Shown: positions 1-10,185 of the stretch, piece by piece
Position numbering within the stretch: the stretch's first letter is position 1
Layout of the letters: each line of letters opens with the position of its first letter
Assembly: GCA_963842945.1 (NCBI GenBank)
Contig: CAWJIM010000019.1
Coordinates: forward strand, 192,001 to 256,000
DNA: 64,000 bases
Origin: an uncultured Gemmatimonadales bacterium
GTDB lineage: Bacteria; Gemmatimonadota; Gemmatimonadetes; Gemmatimonadales; GWC2-71-9
Reading direction: 5' to 3'
Program-made: the position numbers and the translations under genes
Notes under the pieces: generated by a model
The model's database searches: none
The model's input: the letters and a program-made list of their open reading frames with translations, nothing else
What the model was told of the DNA's origin: nothing

Positions 1-902
1 TGGATGCCTCCGCCGCCATCTATGTCGATGTGCACAACACCCTGGTGAACAACGCCCTTATCCGCTGGGCCAACAGTGAACAACAGGCGCGCTACTTTCC
101 CCGGCTCACCACCGAGCTCCTGGGAGCATTCGCGCTGTCCGAACCGGGCAGCGGCAGCGATGCCTTTGCCCTGGCCACCCGAGCGGAGAAGAAAGGGAGC
201 GACTGGTCGCTGACCGGCCGAAAGTTCTGGATCACCAACGGCGCGGAAGCCGGGCTCTTCATCGTGTTCGCCAATGCAGACCCGTCCAAGGGATACAAGG
301 GAATCACGGGGTTCCTGGTCGAGCGAGGCTTCCCCGGATTCTCCATCGGGAAGAAGGAAAACAAGCTGGGGATTCGGGCCTCCAGCACCACCGAGCTGAT
401 TCTGGAGGAGTGCCAGGTTCCCGGTGAGAACGTGCTTGGCCCCGTTGGGCAGGGCTACAAGATCTCGATCGAGACTCTCAACGAGGGCCGGATCGGCATA
501 GGCGCCCAGATGATCGGGGTGGCCCGCGGCGCGCTCGAGGCGGCAACCGGCTACGTCAAGGAGCGGCGTCAGTTCGGCAAGGCGATAGCGGAATTTCAGG
601 CGGTGCAGTTCCAGCTGGCCCAGATGGCAACCGACCTGGAAGCGGCCCGACTGATGGTCTACAACGCGGCCCGGCTCAAGGATGCCCGCTTGCCGTTTGC
701 CCAGCAGGCCGCGATGGCAAAGTTGTTCAGCTCCCAGGTGGCCGACCGGATCACCTCCGCCTGCCTGGAGCTCTTCGGCGGATACGGCTACTCGAAGGAA
801 TATCCCGCAGAGAAGTACTACCGCGACGCCAAGATCGGAACGATCTACGAAGGCACCAGCAACATGCAGCTGCAGACGATCGCCAAGGCGTTGCTGAAGT
901 AG
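1..902 (+). CDS. Acyl-CoA dehydrogenase (5'-truncated by window edge)
   Basis: Motifs FALSEPGSGSDA, GRKFWITNG, KLGIRAS, RRQFGKAI, GGYGY, IYEGTSNMQ. Confidence 0.95.
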   Translation, partial: DASAAIYVDVHNTLVNNALIRWANSEQQARYFPRLTTELLGAFALSEPGSGSDAFALATRAEKKGSDWSLTGRKFWITNGAEAGLFIVFANADPSKGYKGITGFLVERGFPGFSIGKKENKLGIRASSTTELILEECQVPGENVLGPVGQGYKISIETLNEGRIGIGAQMIGVARGALEAATGYVKERRQFGKAIAEFQAVQFQLAQMATDLEAARLMVYNAARLKDARLPFAQQAAMAKLFSSQVADRITSACLELFGGYGYSKEYPAEKYYRDAKIGTIYEGTSNMQLQTIAKALLK

Positions 903-906
903 GCAT

Positions 907-942
907 AAAAAAAGTTCGGGGGCCGCTGGTGCGCCCCCGAAC
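907..942 (-). terminator. Intrinsic terminator for the minus-strand lipoprotein gene
   Basis: Stem GTTCGGGGGC (914-923) / GCCCCCGAAC (933-942); A7 run at 907-913 gives a U-tail on the minus strand. Confidence 0.75.
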
Positions 943-979
943 CGAGACCCGCTTCCTTCGACTTCTCTACAACGATCCG

Positions 980-1477
980 TTACCGGTTGGTCGAGTCCCG
1001 CGACTGCTGTGATGGGTTGTAACCGGTCGTATCACCGGTCTGCGACGTCCCGGTTGAATCGAGCTGCGAACCGGAGTTCGGGTTGGAGCTCTGGTTCATG
1101 CTGGAGGTATCGGCACCGACCGCGCCCGAGGTATCCTGGCCGGTCACGCCGGTCGTGTCGGTCTGATTCTGCTGATTGGCCTGGCCGGTGGTATCCCGCT
1201 CGATCCCGGAATAGCCCGCGGTATCCTGCGGGGTGCCCTGACCCTGATTCTCGAGGAACGTATCAGATGGGGTCTGGCCGGTTGGGGCCTGCGTGGTATC
1301 GCGCTCCATGCCCGAATATCCCGGCGGGGTCTCGTTCTGCCCGTTGAGGGTATCGCGGCCAGTAGTCGTAGTGGTGTCCTTGGCGGCGGCCGACTGATCC
1401 GCCTTGTTGCCTGCGCACGCCAGGCCGGCAATCAATGCCGCGAGCGTCGCGTAGCGCGTGGGAGCATTCATTTTCAT
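980..1477 (-). CDS. Low-complexity T/Q/D/G/S-rich lipoprotein
   Basis: ATG 1477 with AGGAGGT RBS (1481-1487); signal peptide with lipobox AGLAC; internal repeat GYSG(M/I)ERDTT. Confidence 0.8.
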   Translation of the reverse strand: MKMNAPTRYATLAALIAGLACAGNKADQSAAAKDTTTTTGRDTLNGQNETPPGYSGMERDTTQAPTGQTPSDTFLENQGQGTPQDTAGYSGIERDTTGQANQQNQTDTTGVTGQDTSGAVGADTSSMNQSSNPNSGSQLDSTGTSQTGDTTGYNPSQQSRDSTNR

Positions 1478-1972
1478 TCGACCTCCTAGAGATCGCTTGC
1501 GTGAAGTCATTCGTGGGTCCCGCCATGCACTCTGCCCCACCTATTCGCCACCAGTGGGAAATCCGGACCCGAAAGGGGCGCAGTTCGCCCCAATTCTTGA
1601 GTTCCCGCTGGACAACCTTCAAGTTTTCGCGCCCGGTATCATATCCGGCCTAGGGGAGGGGGGCTGTGACCGAGGTCACGGGTAGGCTCCCCTGCGGAGG
1701 GCCACTACAGTGTTGTTACCGCACAACTGTTCTGAGGCTCCGGGGACAGTTTCTGCTGCTCCCTGGGGCCGGAAAGGCACCTTCCAGCGGGCGCAGGATT
1801 TGCCGCATACCGGCCCTGGTACGCTGCGCTGTCGCCAGGGTGGTTCTGTAACAGCCTTTGCCTCAAGCAGTTGAACTTGACTCCTAGGTGGGACCTCAGG
1901 ATAGATTCCCCCCCTTTCTGGGTCAGTTACGCACGTGCGGTGTCCTCTTTTGCCTCCTCTTCGGTGAGTTGA

Positions 1973-3540
1973 ATGGCAGGTTTGCGCGGTTCACGTCATT
2001 TCCGGTTGACACTGGTTCTAGCAGGTCTGGTCGGCTGGGCAACCGCCCTTTCGGCGCAGACCGATGCCCGCTGGCTGGGTTCGCGGATGAACGACTGGTA
2101 CGCCGAGGCGTCTCGCAGCGCTCCAGGCGACTGGGGAATTGCGGTGGCAGACCAAGGCAGGGCAGATGCTCTGGAGCTTCAATGCCGACGCGTCGCTGAT
2201 GCCCGCTTCGGCGGTGAAGCTGTTCACTACCGGGTACGCCAGAAGCGTGTTGGGGGGAAACGCTCGACGCGCAACTCGCCTGATTGGCTCCGGGGTGGTC
2301 GACCCCAAGACCGGCGAATGGCTGGGCGATTGGGCGCTCGAGGTGAATGGAGATCCCTCCCTGGAACGGGCCCAGGGCTCGGGGCCAACGCTGTTTGACC
2401 TGGCCACCCAGCTGGCGGATGCTGGTGTCCGGCGGCTCAGCGGTCCACTGCAGCTTCAGAGCGCCGATGGACCCGCGACCGCGATCTATCCCGCCGTCTG
2501 GTCCCGCCGCCACATGGGACGCCTGTTTGCTCCCCTGGTGGGACCGCTGATGGTGCACGAAAACATCGTCTGGTTCACCGTTCGGCCGGGGCGGCGCGTA
2601 GGTGAGCGGGTCAGACTGATCGAGACGGCTCCTGCGGGCATCAGCTCACTGGTGACGGTGACTGCCACCACCCGGAGCGGGCGCCGCTCCCGCCTGCGTC
2701 TGGTGCCGAGAAGGGGTGGCGGTTGGGTGGTCAGCGGCACTTTGGGCGTGCGGGCCGCGCCGCGCCGGCTCACGACCGTATCGAGCGATCCCAAGGCCGT
2801 CCTGTCCGCGGCCTGGAGCTCGGCGCTGAAGCGCGCGGGCATCACCTGGAACCGGACCAAAAGGCCAAAATCGTCGTTCGACGCGTCGCCCAGAGTGCTG
2901 GCCGAGGTGGCCTCCCCTCCGCTCGACTCGCTGGCCAGTGAGATCAACCGGCGGAGCCTCAACGCCGGGGCGGAGCTGCTGCTCCAGTGGGCTGGAGGAC
3001 GGGAAGATGGGCCTGCCCACCTGGTGGACCACGTCCAGACTATCACCGGGCAGAATCAGGGCGTCTATCTGGTGGATGGCAGTGGACTGTCCTATGAAGA
3101 CCGGGTCACCGCATCCACGTTCGTCTCCTACCTGGCAAAGTTCCCCACCACGCAGGCGGGCCGGAACTTTCCTCAGCTCCTGCCATCCAATGGCACCGGT
3201 ACCCTGCGCCAACTGAATACCGGATTCCCCGGCCTCGGGCGTGGTTCGGGCCAAGACAGGGACGCTGGGTCAGGTGTCGACCGTGGTCGGCTACCTCGGG
3301 CGGCCGGAGGGCACCCTGCTGGTGTCACTGATGTACAACGGCGGGCGTCCCGGCGCGGCTCGGCAGGAGCAGTGGAAGCTGTTCCGCCTGCTCGGCGCCG
3401 ATGGGGTGGTGATTCCGGCGGACACCAGCTCGGGCGAGCCGGTACAGCTGGGTGGGGAGCAGACGGCCCCGCCGGATTGGTGGCCGGGGTCCTCCGCCGA
3501 CTCGAGCGATAGTGGAGCCGACACGCTCGAGACCGAATAG
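1973..3540 (+). CDS. dacB: D-alanyl-D-alanine carboxypeptidase/endopeptidase (PBP4, peptidase S13); frameshifts near 2150 and 3240
   Basis: Signal peptide in ORF 1973; SxxK (PASAVK), SxN (SLN), DGSGLS in ORF 2139; KTG (AKTGTL) in ORF 3241. Confidence 0.9.
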
Positions 3541-3550
3541 CGCTAGATCC

Positions 3551-4138
3551 CGACCTGTCACTTTCAAACTCCGACCCAGCACCTTCAGACTCCGACCGGT
3601 TCAGCCTAGGCGTCGAAGCGATGAGCTTCGGACGCGACCTGTTCGATCCCAAGCGCGATCCTATCATTCCAGACTGCGTCGCTCTCAACGCCGGATGCGA
3701 AGCAAACACTTTCGACGCGATAGCAGCCACTCCAGAGCGCGACCCGTTCATTTCCGTCTGCGACCGGTGCAGCGCTGATCACGACCTGCGCGGTTCCGAC
3801 CCCGATCCGGTCAACTCGTGCGGCGAACCGGTCGCTTTCATGTGCGACCCGTCCAATTCCGGACGCAACACGTTCGATCTCAAGCGCGATCCTGCCAATT
3901 TAGGCTGCGGTTGGTTCATCAGCAGACGCGAAGCAGTCACTTACGACTCGGAACCGGCCACTCCGAAGCGCGACCTGCGCAATCCTGATCGCGACCCGAT
4001 CCTTTGTCATTGCGAGTCGGTCGACTGCCTTCTCGACCGTGACGGCTTCGAGGTCAACCCAGTCATCCTCCCACCCGAGTCTCGCCAGTTCGACCTCTAG
4101 TCGTTCACTTGCAACGTCGAAGCAACTATCTCTGGGAT
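3551..4138. repeat. Degenerate tandem array with 21-nt period, about 28 units
   Basis: CGACC at 3551, 3572, 3593, 3635, 3740, 3761, 3782, 3845, 3971, 3992, 4034, all in one 21-nt register; CGATC/CGAAG/CGAGT variants at most other register positions. Confidence 0.85.
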
Positions 4139-4249
4139 TGTTCCGGACGATCACAATGTCTTCCCTGACGGGATCGCAGTCGCATCGGGTTCCGGGAATT
4201 CCGAGCCTGTCGCTGAGATTCAAGCTTTGCTCAACTCGATCGTTGGTGT

Positions 4250-4278
4250 AAACAAAAGGGCCGCCAAAAGGCGGCCCC
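4250..4278 (-). terminator. Intrinsic terminator downstream of the S8 peptidase
   Basis: GGGCCGCC-AAAA-GGCGGCCC hairpin (4258-4277) followed on the minus strand by TTTTGTTT. Confidence 0.8.
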
Positions 4279-4308
4279 TCGCTCAAGCAATTTGCTTCGA
4301 CTGTCGGC

Positions 4309-5748
4309 CTACAGACCAGCGAGAGCTTCGTCTGCCGTGGCCAGACCCGCACCGGTGGCGTCAGACCCCCAACAGATCTTGTCATCCTTTGCCGTATTGG
4401 GATTGAGCACGTCCCGGCAGCCCGCCTCTAGCGGTATCGCCGTTGTCTTGAGGACGGTTTCGGCCTCGGCCTGGTCCAGGCTGTTCTTCTGCTGGGCCAT
4501 GAGGGCCACAATGCCGGCCACATGCGGGCTGGCCATCGAGGTGCCGCCCAGGAAGAACCAGGAGAGCTGGCCCTGCTGCTCCTGGAACGGACCGACCACC
4601 CAGCTGCCCGGCGCCGCCACATCTAGCTGCTGGTCCTTGAGCTCACGGCTGGAGAAGTCGGTGATGTAGTAGTTAGCCGGGTCGGTCGGATCGGGAACGT
4701 TGCAGGCATTCCACCAGGAGCCGAAGACCACTGGTGTCGCGGCAATGCAGTTCCGCCACTCGCCGACCCAGCCCGATGCCGCCACGCTGATGACCGGCGG
4801 GTAGGCGCCGGGGTAGCCCATGCCGTCCTCACCCTGGTTGCCGGCGGATGCAACAATCATTACGCCTTGGCCGATAGCATAGTCGATCGCAGCCTTCTCC
4901 ATGGCGTCCAGCTCCGGGCCGCCCAGACTCATATTGATAACAACCGGCGAACCGTGGAGCTGGCCTTTCTTCAGGTCGCCGATGTAGGTGATGCCTTCCG
5001 CAATGACCGAGGAAAAGCCGCTGCCGGTCTGACCCAGGACCTTGACCGGGATGACCGTTGCCTTGGGAGCTACGCCATTGAGCGGCACACCCTGCAGGGT
5101 GTAACCGAGAATGGTGCTGGTGACGTGGGTGCCGTGCGAATGGACGTCTTGCTCCCACTTGTTCGGCTGTTCCGACACATTGCCCAGATCGTTGCCGCCG
5201 CCGCCGAACGACTTGGCCAAACCGGTAGCAATCCGGTCGGCCGGGAAGTAGTAGCGCCAGGTCGGGAGCAGGCCGGTGTCGAGGACCGCAACGTAGACGC
5301 CGTTGCCATCCTTCCCGATGACTCGGTCATTGTTTGCGCCGGACACGCGGTCAGTGACGTTCACCGCATCCAAGTCCCAGGTGTTCAATCCGGCGGTCGC
5401 GAAGTCATTGATCGGGAGCGTCACATCGGGCGGAATGTTCCGCTTCACGTCGAAGTTCGCCGCCGCCACATATGGCAGCGCCCGGATCGAGGAAAGCACC
5501 GACTCCTTGCCCACCAGAGTCACCGCGTTGATCTCGACAATCTGCTTCTTGATGGTGCCGAAAGTGCCGAGTTGCGTCAGCTGAGCGGGCGTAGCCGGAC
5601 CCTTGAGCACTACGTTGATGCCCTTGCTAGCCGATGAGGTTGCGGCTTCGGCGCCCGGATTCTGAGGTCCGGTGTTGGGCTCCTGTTGGTCGTTACAGGC
5701 CCCGATCGCGAGGACCGCGGCGACCCCGAGCATGATACGGCGATTCAT
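4309..5748 (-). CDS. Subtilisin-like S8 serine peptidase, lipoprotein
   Basis: Triad motifs VLDTG, HGTHV, GTSMASPHVAG; SAGN; lipobox IGAC after MNRRIML start at 5748. Confidence 0.95.
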   Translation of the reverse strand: MNRRIMLGVAAVLAIGACNDQQEPNTGPQNPGAEAATSSASKGINVVLKGPATPAQLTQLGTFGTIKKQIVEINAVTLVGKESVLSSIRALPYVAAANFDVKRNIPPDVTLPINDFATAGLNTWDLDAVNVTDRVSGANNDRVIGKDGNGVYVAVLDTGLLPTWRYYFPADRIATGLAKSFGGGGNDLGNVSEQPNKWEQDVHSHGTHVTSTILGYTLQGVPLNGVAPKATVIPVKVLGQTGSGFSSVIAEGITYIGDLKKGQLHGSPVVINMSLGGPELDAMEKAAIDYAIGQGVMIVASAGNQGEDGMGYPGAYPPVISVAASGWVGEWRNCIAATPVVFGSWWNACNVPDPTDPANYYITDFSSRELKDQQLDVAAPGSWVVGPFQEQQGQLSWFFLGGTSMASPHVAGIVALMAQQKNSLDQAEAETVLKTTAIPLEAGCRDVLNPNTAKDDKICWGSDATGAGLATADEALAGL

Positions 5749-6190
5749 AGACGAGCTTCCCCGTGTTGGAGGTAAGGATGCAGAGTAGGTATTGAAAGGG
5801 GATGGTACGGCAGGCGGGAAGACGGACGAGTTGGGCAGCCGAGGCCGCTCGGACGGGTGAGCAGACACCACCCATTCCCGCGCATATGCGCTTGGACCGA
5901 AGAACAAACTTGGGGCTTCACGCGCAATTCTATAGCCTCGGAGCCAGGAGCTCCGCTCGAAGACACGCCGTTGTGAATTTGAAGTTCCCGCAGAATCCCG
6001 ACGAAGAAACCTACTGTCGGAACTCGGCGCCAGCTATACTACCCCCCCGTACCCCATACATGCAAGTCCGCAATTTTTCCAACCAGCATTCGGGGGGCTC
6101 AACTGGACGGCGCCGCCGGCCACCCTACTTTGGACCTTCTCTGCAAGTCCAGTGTTTACTTAGCCGTTCCCCATCGCTCCAAGGCATTCC

Positions 6191-8386
6191 ATGGCGACCC
6201 AGACCCGCCCTGTCGCTCCCAAGCCCGAGCCACCTGCGTTCAAATCCTATGTCCCTGCATCTCAGGAGCCCGCCGAGCTTACCGTCCGAGCGGTCATCCT
6301 GGGAGCCATCCTGGGCATCGTGTTCGCGGCCTCCAGCGTCTATCTCGCGCTCAAGATCGGGCTCACGGTCTCGGCCTCGATCCCGATCGCGGTGTTGGCC
6401 GTGGCCTTCTTCCGCACCCTCGGCAAGTCGACCATCCTCGAGAACAACATCGTGCAGACCACCGGCTCGGCCGGTGAGTCCATCGCGGCCGGGGTCGTTT
6501 TCACGCTCCCGGCCATTTTGTTGATGGGCTATGACCTGACCGTGAGCAAGGTGGCGGTGATCGCGGTCATCGGCGGGCTGCTCGGGGTGCTCATGATGAT
6601 CCCGCTCCGGCGCGCTCTGATCGTGAAGGAGCACGGCAATCTGCCCTACCCCGAAGGGACCGCCTGCGCCGAGGTACTCATCGCGGGAGACAAGGGCGGG
6701 CTGCAGGCCCGACTGCTCTTTCAGGCCTTCGGCCTCGCGTTCGCCTACAAGTTCCTGATGGCGGGACTGAAGTTGTGGAAGGAGTATCCCGGGCGGGTCT
6801 CCACCTTTTATAAGGGCGCCTCCATATCAGCCGAGGTCTCGCCCGAGCTGCTGGGTGTCGGCTACATCATCGGGCCCCGGATCGCCGGGTATCTGTTTGC
6901 CGGCGGCTCCCTGGCGTACCTGGTACTGATTCCGGCCATCAAGCTGTTCGGCTCCGGCCTCAATCAGCCCATCTTCGCCGAGACCAAGCTGATCCGCGAC
7001 ATGAGCCCGGGCGAAGTCAGGGCCGAGTTCGTGTTCTACATCGGCGCCGGCGCCGTGGCATCCGCCGGGATCATCGCCCTGCTGCGCGCCCTGCCCACGA
7101 TTGTCTCCGCCTTCCGTTCCGGCTTTCAGGATCTCCGGAGCAGCGTTGGCGAGATCAGCTCCCGGGTGCGGACCGACATCGACCTCCCCATCTGGGTCAC
7201 TATCGCCGGCTCGGTGGCCCTGGCGCTCCTCCTGACGATTCTGCCTCAGGTCGGCGTCAACCTGCTGGGCGCCATTCTCATCATCATCTTCGGGTTCTTC
7301 TTTGTGGTGGTCTCCTCCCGGATCACGGGCGAGATTGGCGTCAGCGCCAACCCCATCTCCGGGATGACCATTGCGGCGCTGATCGGGACTACCACCATCT
7401 TCCTCCTGATCGGATGGACTGGAGTGGACCACAGGGTGGCGGCGCTGTCTATCGCCGGCGTCATCGCCGTGGCGGCGGGCAATGCGGGCGCCACCAGCCA
7501 GGATCTCAAGACCGGCTTCCTGGTTGGCGCCACGCCCAAGCGGCAGCAGATCGCCATCATGGTTGGCGCCATCACCTCCGCCCTCGCCATCGGCTGGACT
7601 ATCACCCTCCTGAACAACACCTACACCAACGTGGTCCCCGAGCAGCACGCGGGGGTCACGCTGCAGGCGTCGCCCCCGGGAGCGGCCGACCGCTCGGTGA
7701 CCGGAATCGGCGAGCGGATGCGGCACCAGGGCAAGGAGTGGGAGGTAGTGCGGGTGAACATCCCCACCCAGGGAGTTCAGCCCGGGAAGTATCTGATCGA
7801 CCCTCAGACTCACCAGGTCGCTTATCTGGTCGATCCGGGGATCGGCGGCAGGGTCCGCGAGATCGAAGGCAAGCCGATCACCAAGCTCGACTCGCCCAAA
7901 GCCACCATCATGGCCCTGGTGACCGACGGCATCCTGACCCAGCGGCTTCCGTGGGGATTGGTGCTCATCGGGGTGTTCCTGACCTTTGCCATCGAGCTGA
8001 TGGGACTCCAGTCCTTGCCCATCGCGGTCGGCGTCTATCTCCCGATCTCGACCTCCTGCCCGATGTTCATCGGCGGGGCGGTGCGCTGGCTGGTGGAGCG
8101 GAGATCGCGCGGAGCCCAGCGCTCGCTGATGGAGGTGGAATCGGGACCGGGGGTGTTGTTCTCCAGTGGGCTCATCGCTGGCGGCGCCATCGCCGGAGTC
8201 ACCATCGCCGGCATCGCCGCACTTCTGGTGTCCCGGGCCGAAGCTGCCCAGGTCCCGGCGGCCGACTACCTGGCCCACGTGGTGGGTCTGCAACGGCTAC
8301 TGGGTGGCTTCGCTACCAGCGACCTCGCGGCGGTTCTGGTGTTCGCCGCCCTTGGCGCGGTGCTTTATCGGGTGGCTCGCCGCTAG
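6191..8386 (+). CDS. OPT family oligopeptide transporter
   Basis: YLALKIGLTVSASIP, ENNIVQTTGSAGE, LPYPEGTACAEVL, NPISGMTIA, QDLKTGFLVGATP; many TM helices. Confidence 0.95.
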   Translation: MATQTRPVAPKPEPPAFKSYVPASQEPAELTVRAVILGAILGIVFAASSVYLALKIGLTVSASIPIAVLAVAFFRTLGKSTILENNIVQTTGSAGESIAAGVVFTLPAILLMGYDLTVSKVAVIAVIGGLLGVLMMIPLRRALIVKEHGNLPYPEGTACAEVLIAGDKGGLQARLLFQAFGLAFAYKFLMAGLKLWKEYPGRVSTFYKGASISAEVSPELLGVGYIIGPRIAGYLFAGGSLAYLVLIPAIKLFGSGLNQPIFAETKLIRDMSPGEVRAEFVFYIGAGAVASAGIIALLRALPTIVSAFRSGFQDLRSSVGEISSRVRTDIDLPIWVTIAGSVALALLLTILPQVGVNLLGAILIIIFGFFFVVVSSRITGEIGVSANPISGMTIAALIGTTTIFLLIGWTGVDHRVAALSIAGVIAVAAGNAGATSQDLKTGFLVGATPKRQQIAIMVGAITSALAIGWTITLLNNTYTNVVPEQHAGVTLQASPPGAADRSVTGIGERMRHQGKEWEVVRVNIPTQGVQPGKYLIDPQTHQVAYLVDPGIGGRVREIEGKPITKLDSPKATIMALVTDGILTQRLPWGLVLIGVFLTFAIELMGLQSLPIAVGVYLPISTSCPMFIGGAVRWLVERRSRGAQRSLMEVESGPGVLFSSGLIAGGAIAGVTIAGIAALLVSRAEAAQVPAADYLAHVVGLQRLLGGFATSDLAAVLVFAALGAVLYRVARR

Positions 8387-8812
8387 ATGCCGCCCGGAGC
8401 CCCCGTCTCCCCCGCAATCAGCGCCCGGATAATTCATGCTGCGTTGATGCTCGGTGTGATGTTGTTCTTTGGGGTTGCCTGGTACGTGGGCTCGATGGCG
8501 TCCATGCCGATCTCGGCGGTACCCGACCGGCGCGTGCTCTATCTGGGCCTCTTCTTCATCAGCGCGGTGCTCTTCGGTGCCGCCGTGTACTCTGCCGGAC
8601 GGCTCACCAGCTCCAGCGCAGGCCTGTCGCAGGACGAATGGTGGCGGGCCAACCTGGGCCGGGCCGTTGTGATCTGGGCCTTGACCGAAACACCCACGCT
8701 CCTGGGAACGGTGGCGTATCTGCTGACCCACGATTTTCGCACCCTCATCGCCACCTTCACCGGCCTCCTTCTATTCGTGAACTACCGACCCAGCCGGCTG
8801 GCAGAGGCGTGA
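8387..8812 (+). CDS. Hypothetical membrane protein (about 4 TM)
   Basis: Abuts both neighbours; hydrophobic segments. Confidence 0.7.
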   Translation: MPPGAPVSPAISARIIHAALMLGVMLFFGVAWYVGSMASMPISAVPDRRVLYLGLFFISAVLFGAAVYSAGRLTSSSAGLSQDEWWRANLGRAVVIWALTETPTLLGTVAYLLTHDFRTLIATFTGLLLFVNYRPSRLAEA

Positions 8813-9706
8813 GTGCGAGTCGTTAGCCTGTTGCCGGCGGCCACCGAGATTGTGGCCGCCCTGGGAGATCGGAGCCTGCTGGTCGGGATCTCCCACGAGT
8901 GTGATTACCCGGCCTCGGTCCTCCACCTTCCCCGAGTTACCACCACCCCGATCGATATCGACGCCCCCGGGGCCGCCATCGACGCGGAGGTCCGGCGGCT
9001 GAGCCAGGACGGACAGCCGGTCATCGCCGTTGACGAGCGGGCGCTCCGGCGGCTGGCTCCCGATCTGATCATCACTCAGGATCTCTGTCAGATCTGCGCG
9101 GTCAGCGACGGCCAGGTTCACCGCCTCGCGGCCAGCTTACAGCCCGAACCGCAGGTGCTGTCCCTCAGCGCACAGAATCTGGCAGGCGTGTGGCAGGACA
9201 TCCGGGCCATCGGAGCAGCCCTGCAGCTGAGTGACGAGGCGGAGGAGCTGGTTCTCGGGCTCCAAAACCGGCTCCGCAGGCTGGCCGCGGAACGTTCGGC
9301 CCATTCTCCCCGGGTGCTCTGCATCGAGTGGCTCGATCCCCTTTATCTGGCGGGACACTGGGTCCCCGAGCTGGTTGCGATCGCTGGAGGATTGGATGTC
9401 GGCGCAGCTCCGGGCAACCGTTCGGTCCGAGCCGCGTGGCCCGACGTGAGTGCGCTGGAGCCGGATTGCCTCCTGATCATGCTCTGTGGCTTCGACCTCG
9501 AACGGAGTCGGGCGGAGCTGGAGCAGCTGAATCAGCCGGAGGCGTTGGAGTTGTTCTCCCGGGTCCCGACCTGGATCATGGACGGCAACGCCCACACCTC
9601 GCGACCCGGTCCAAGGTTGGTGGATGGCGCCAGAAGGATGCGGTCGGCCTTCGACGGCCGGACCATGGCAAGTCTCGAGCGGTGGGCCACAGCCGGAGCA
9701 TGCTGA
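8813..9706 (+). CDS. BtuF/Fe-siderophore-type substrate-binding family protein
   Basis: MRVVSLLPAATEI, GISHECDYP, PDLIITQDLC, EWLDP, SRPGPRLVDG. Confidence 0.85.
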   Translation: MRVVSLLPAATEIVAALGDRSLLVGISHECDYPASVLHLPRVTTTPIDIDAPGAAIDAEVRRLSQDGQPVIAVDERALRRLAPDLIITQDLCQICAVSDGQVHRLAASLQPEPQVLSLSAQNLAGVWQDIRAIGAALQLSDEAEELVLGLQNRLRRLAAERSAHSPRVLCIEWLDPLYLAGHWVPELVAIAGGLDVGAAPGNRSVRAAWPDVSALEPDCLLIMLCGFDLERSRAELEQLNQPEALELFSRVPTWIMDGNAHTSRPGPRLVDGARRMRSAFDGRTMASLERWATAGAC

Positions 9707-10185
9707 CCATTGCCCAGGCCCATGGTGCCGCCGACATTCTTCTGGCCCGCGATCTGTTTGAGGAATATGCCGGCTCGCTCGACGTGGACCTGTGCTTTCA
9801 GGATTTCGCATCGGAGCTGGCGGGATTGCCGGGCCAGTACGCCCCTCCTCGCGGAGAGCTCCTGCTTGCGTCCTGGGATCATAGGCCGGCGGGTTGCGTC
9901 GCATTGCGGCCGCTCGACGAGGCTGCCTGTGAGATGAAGCGGCTGTACGTTCGGCCCGAGTTCCGGGCACACGGGATTGGCCGAGCCTTGATTCAACGCA
10001 TTATCGAAGTTGCCCGCAAAGCGGATTACCGGTACATGCGTCTGGACAGTCTTCCTTCAATGAAGAGCGCTCTCACTCTCTACCGGCAGCTCGGCTTCCA
10101 CGAGATTCCGCCCTACCGGAACAATCCAGTAGCCGGAACCGTCTACCTGGAACTGCCCCTCAACGGTCGGTCACGTGAATCCTGA
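9700..10185 (+). CDS. GNAT family N-acetyltransferase
   Basis: ATG 9700; LCFQDFASELAGLPGQY, CEMKRLYVRPEFRAHGIG, LYRQLGF. Confidence 0.9.
   Translation: MLTIAQAHGAADILLARDLFEEYAGSLDVDLCFQDFASELAGLPGQYAPPRGELLLASWDHRPAGCVALRPLDEAACEMKRLYVRPEFRAHGIGRALIQRIIEVARKADYRYMRLDSLPSMKSALTLYRQLGFHEIPPYRNNPVAGTVYLELPLNGRSRES

Noticed and set aside
1877..1907. sigma70 promoter TTGACT...TAGATT upstream of dacB
   Set aside because: 19-nt spacer, too weak to call.
3621..4100. 159-aa ORF as a confident gene
   Set aside because: No RBS, atypical composition, and openness is explainable by the 21-nt periodicity. Kept only within the repeat finding.
3551..4138. CRISPR array interpretation of the periodic tract
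   Set aside because: The period is only 21 nt with a ~5-nt conserved core, there is no 23-47-nt repeat plus spacer structure, and no cas genes.
5750..6190. Riboswitch (e.g. cobalamin) upstream of the OPT/BtuF-like operon
   Set aside because: No B12-box or other recognisable aptamer consensus seen; a covariance search was not possible.
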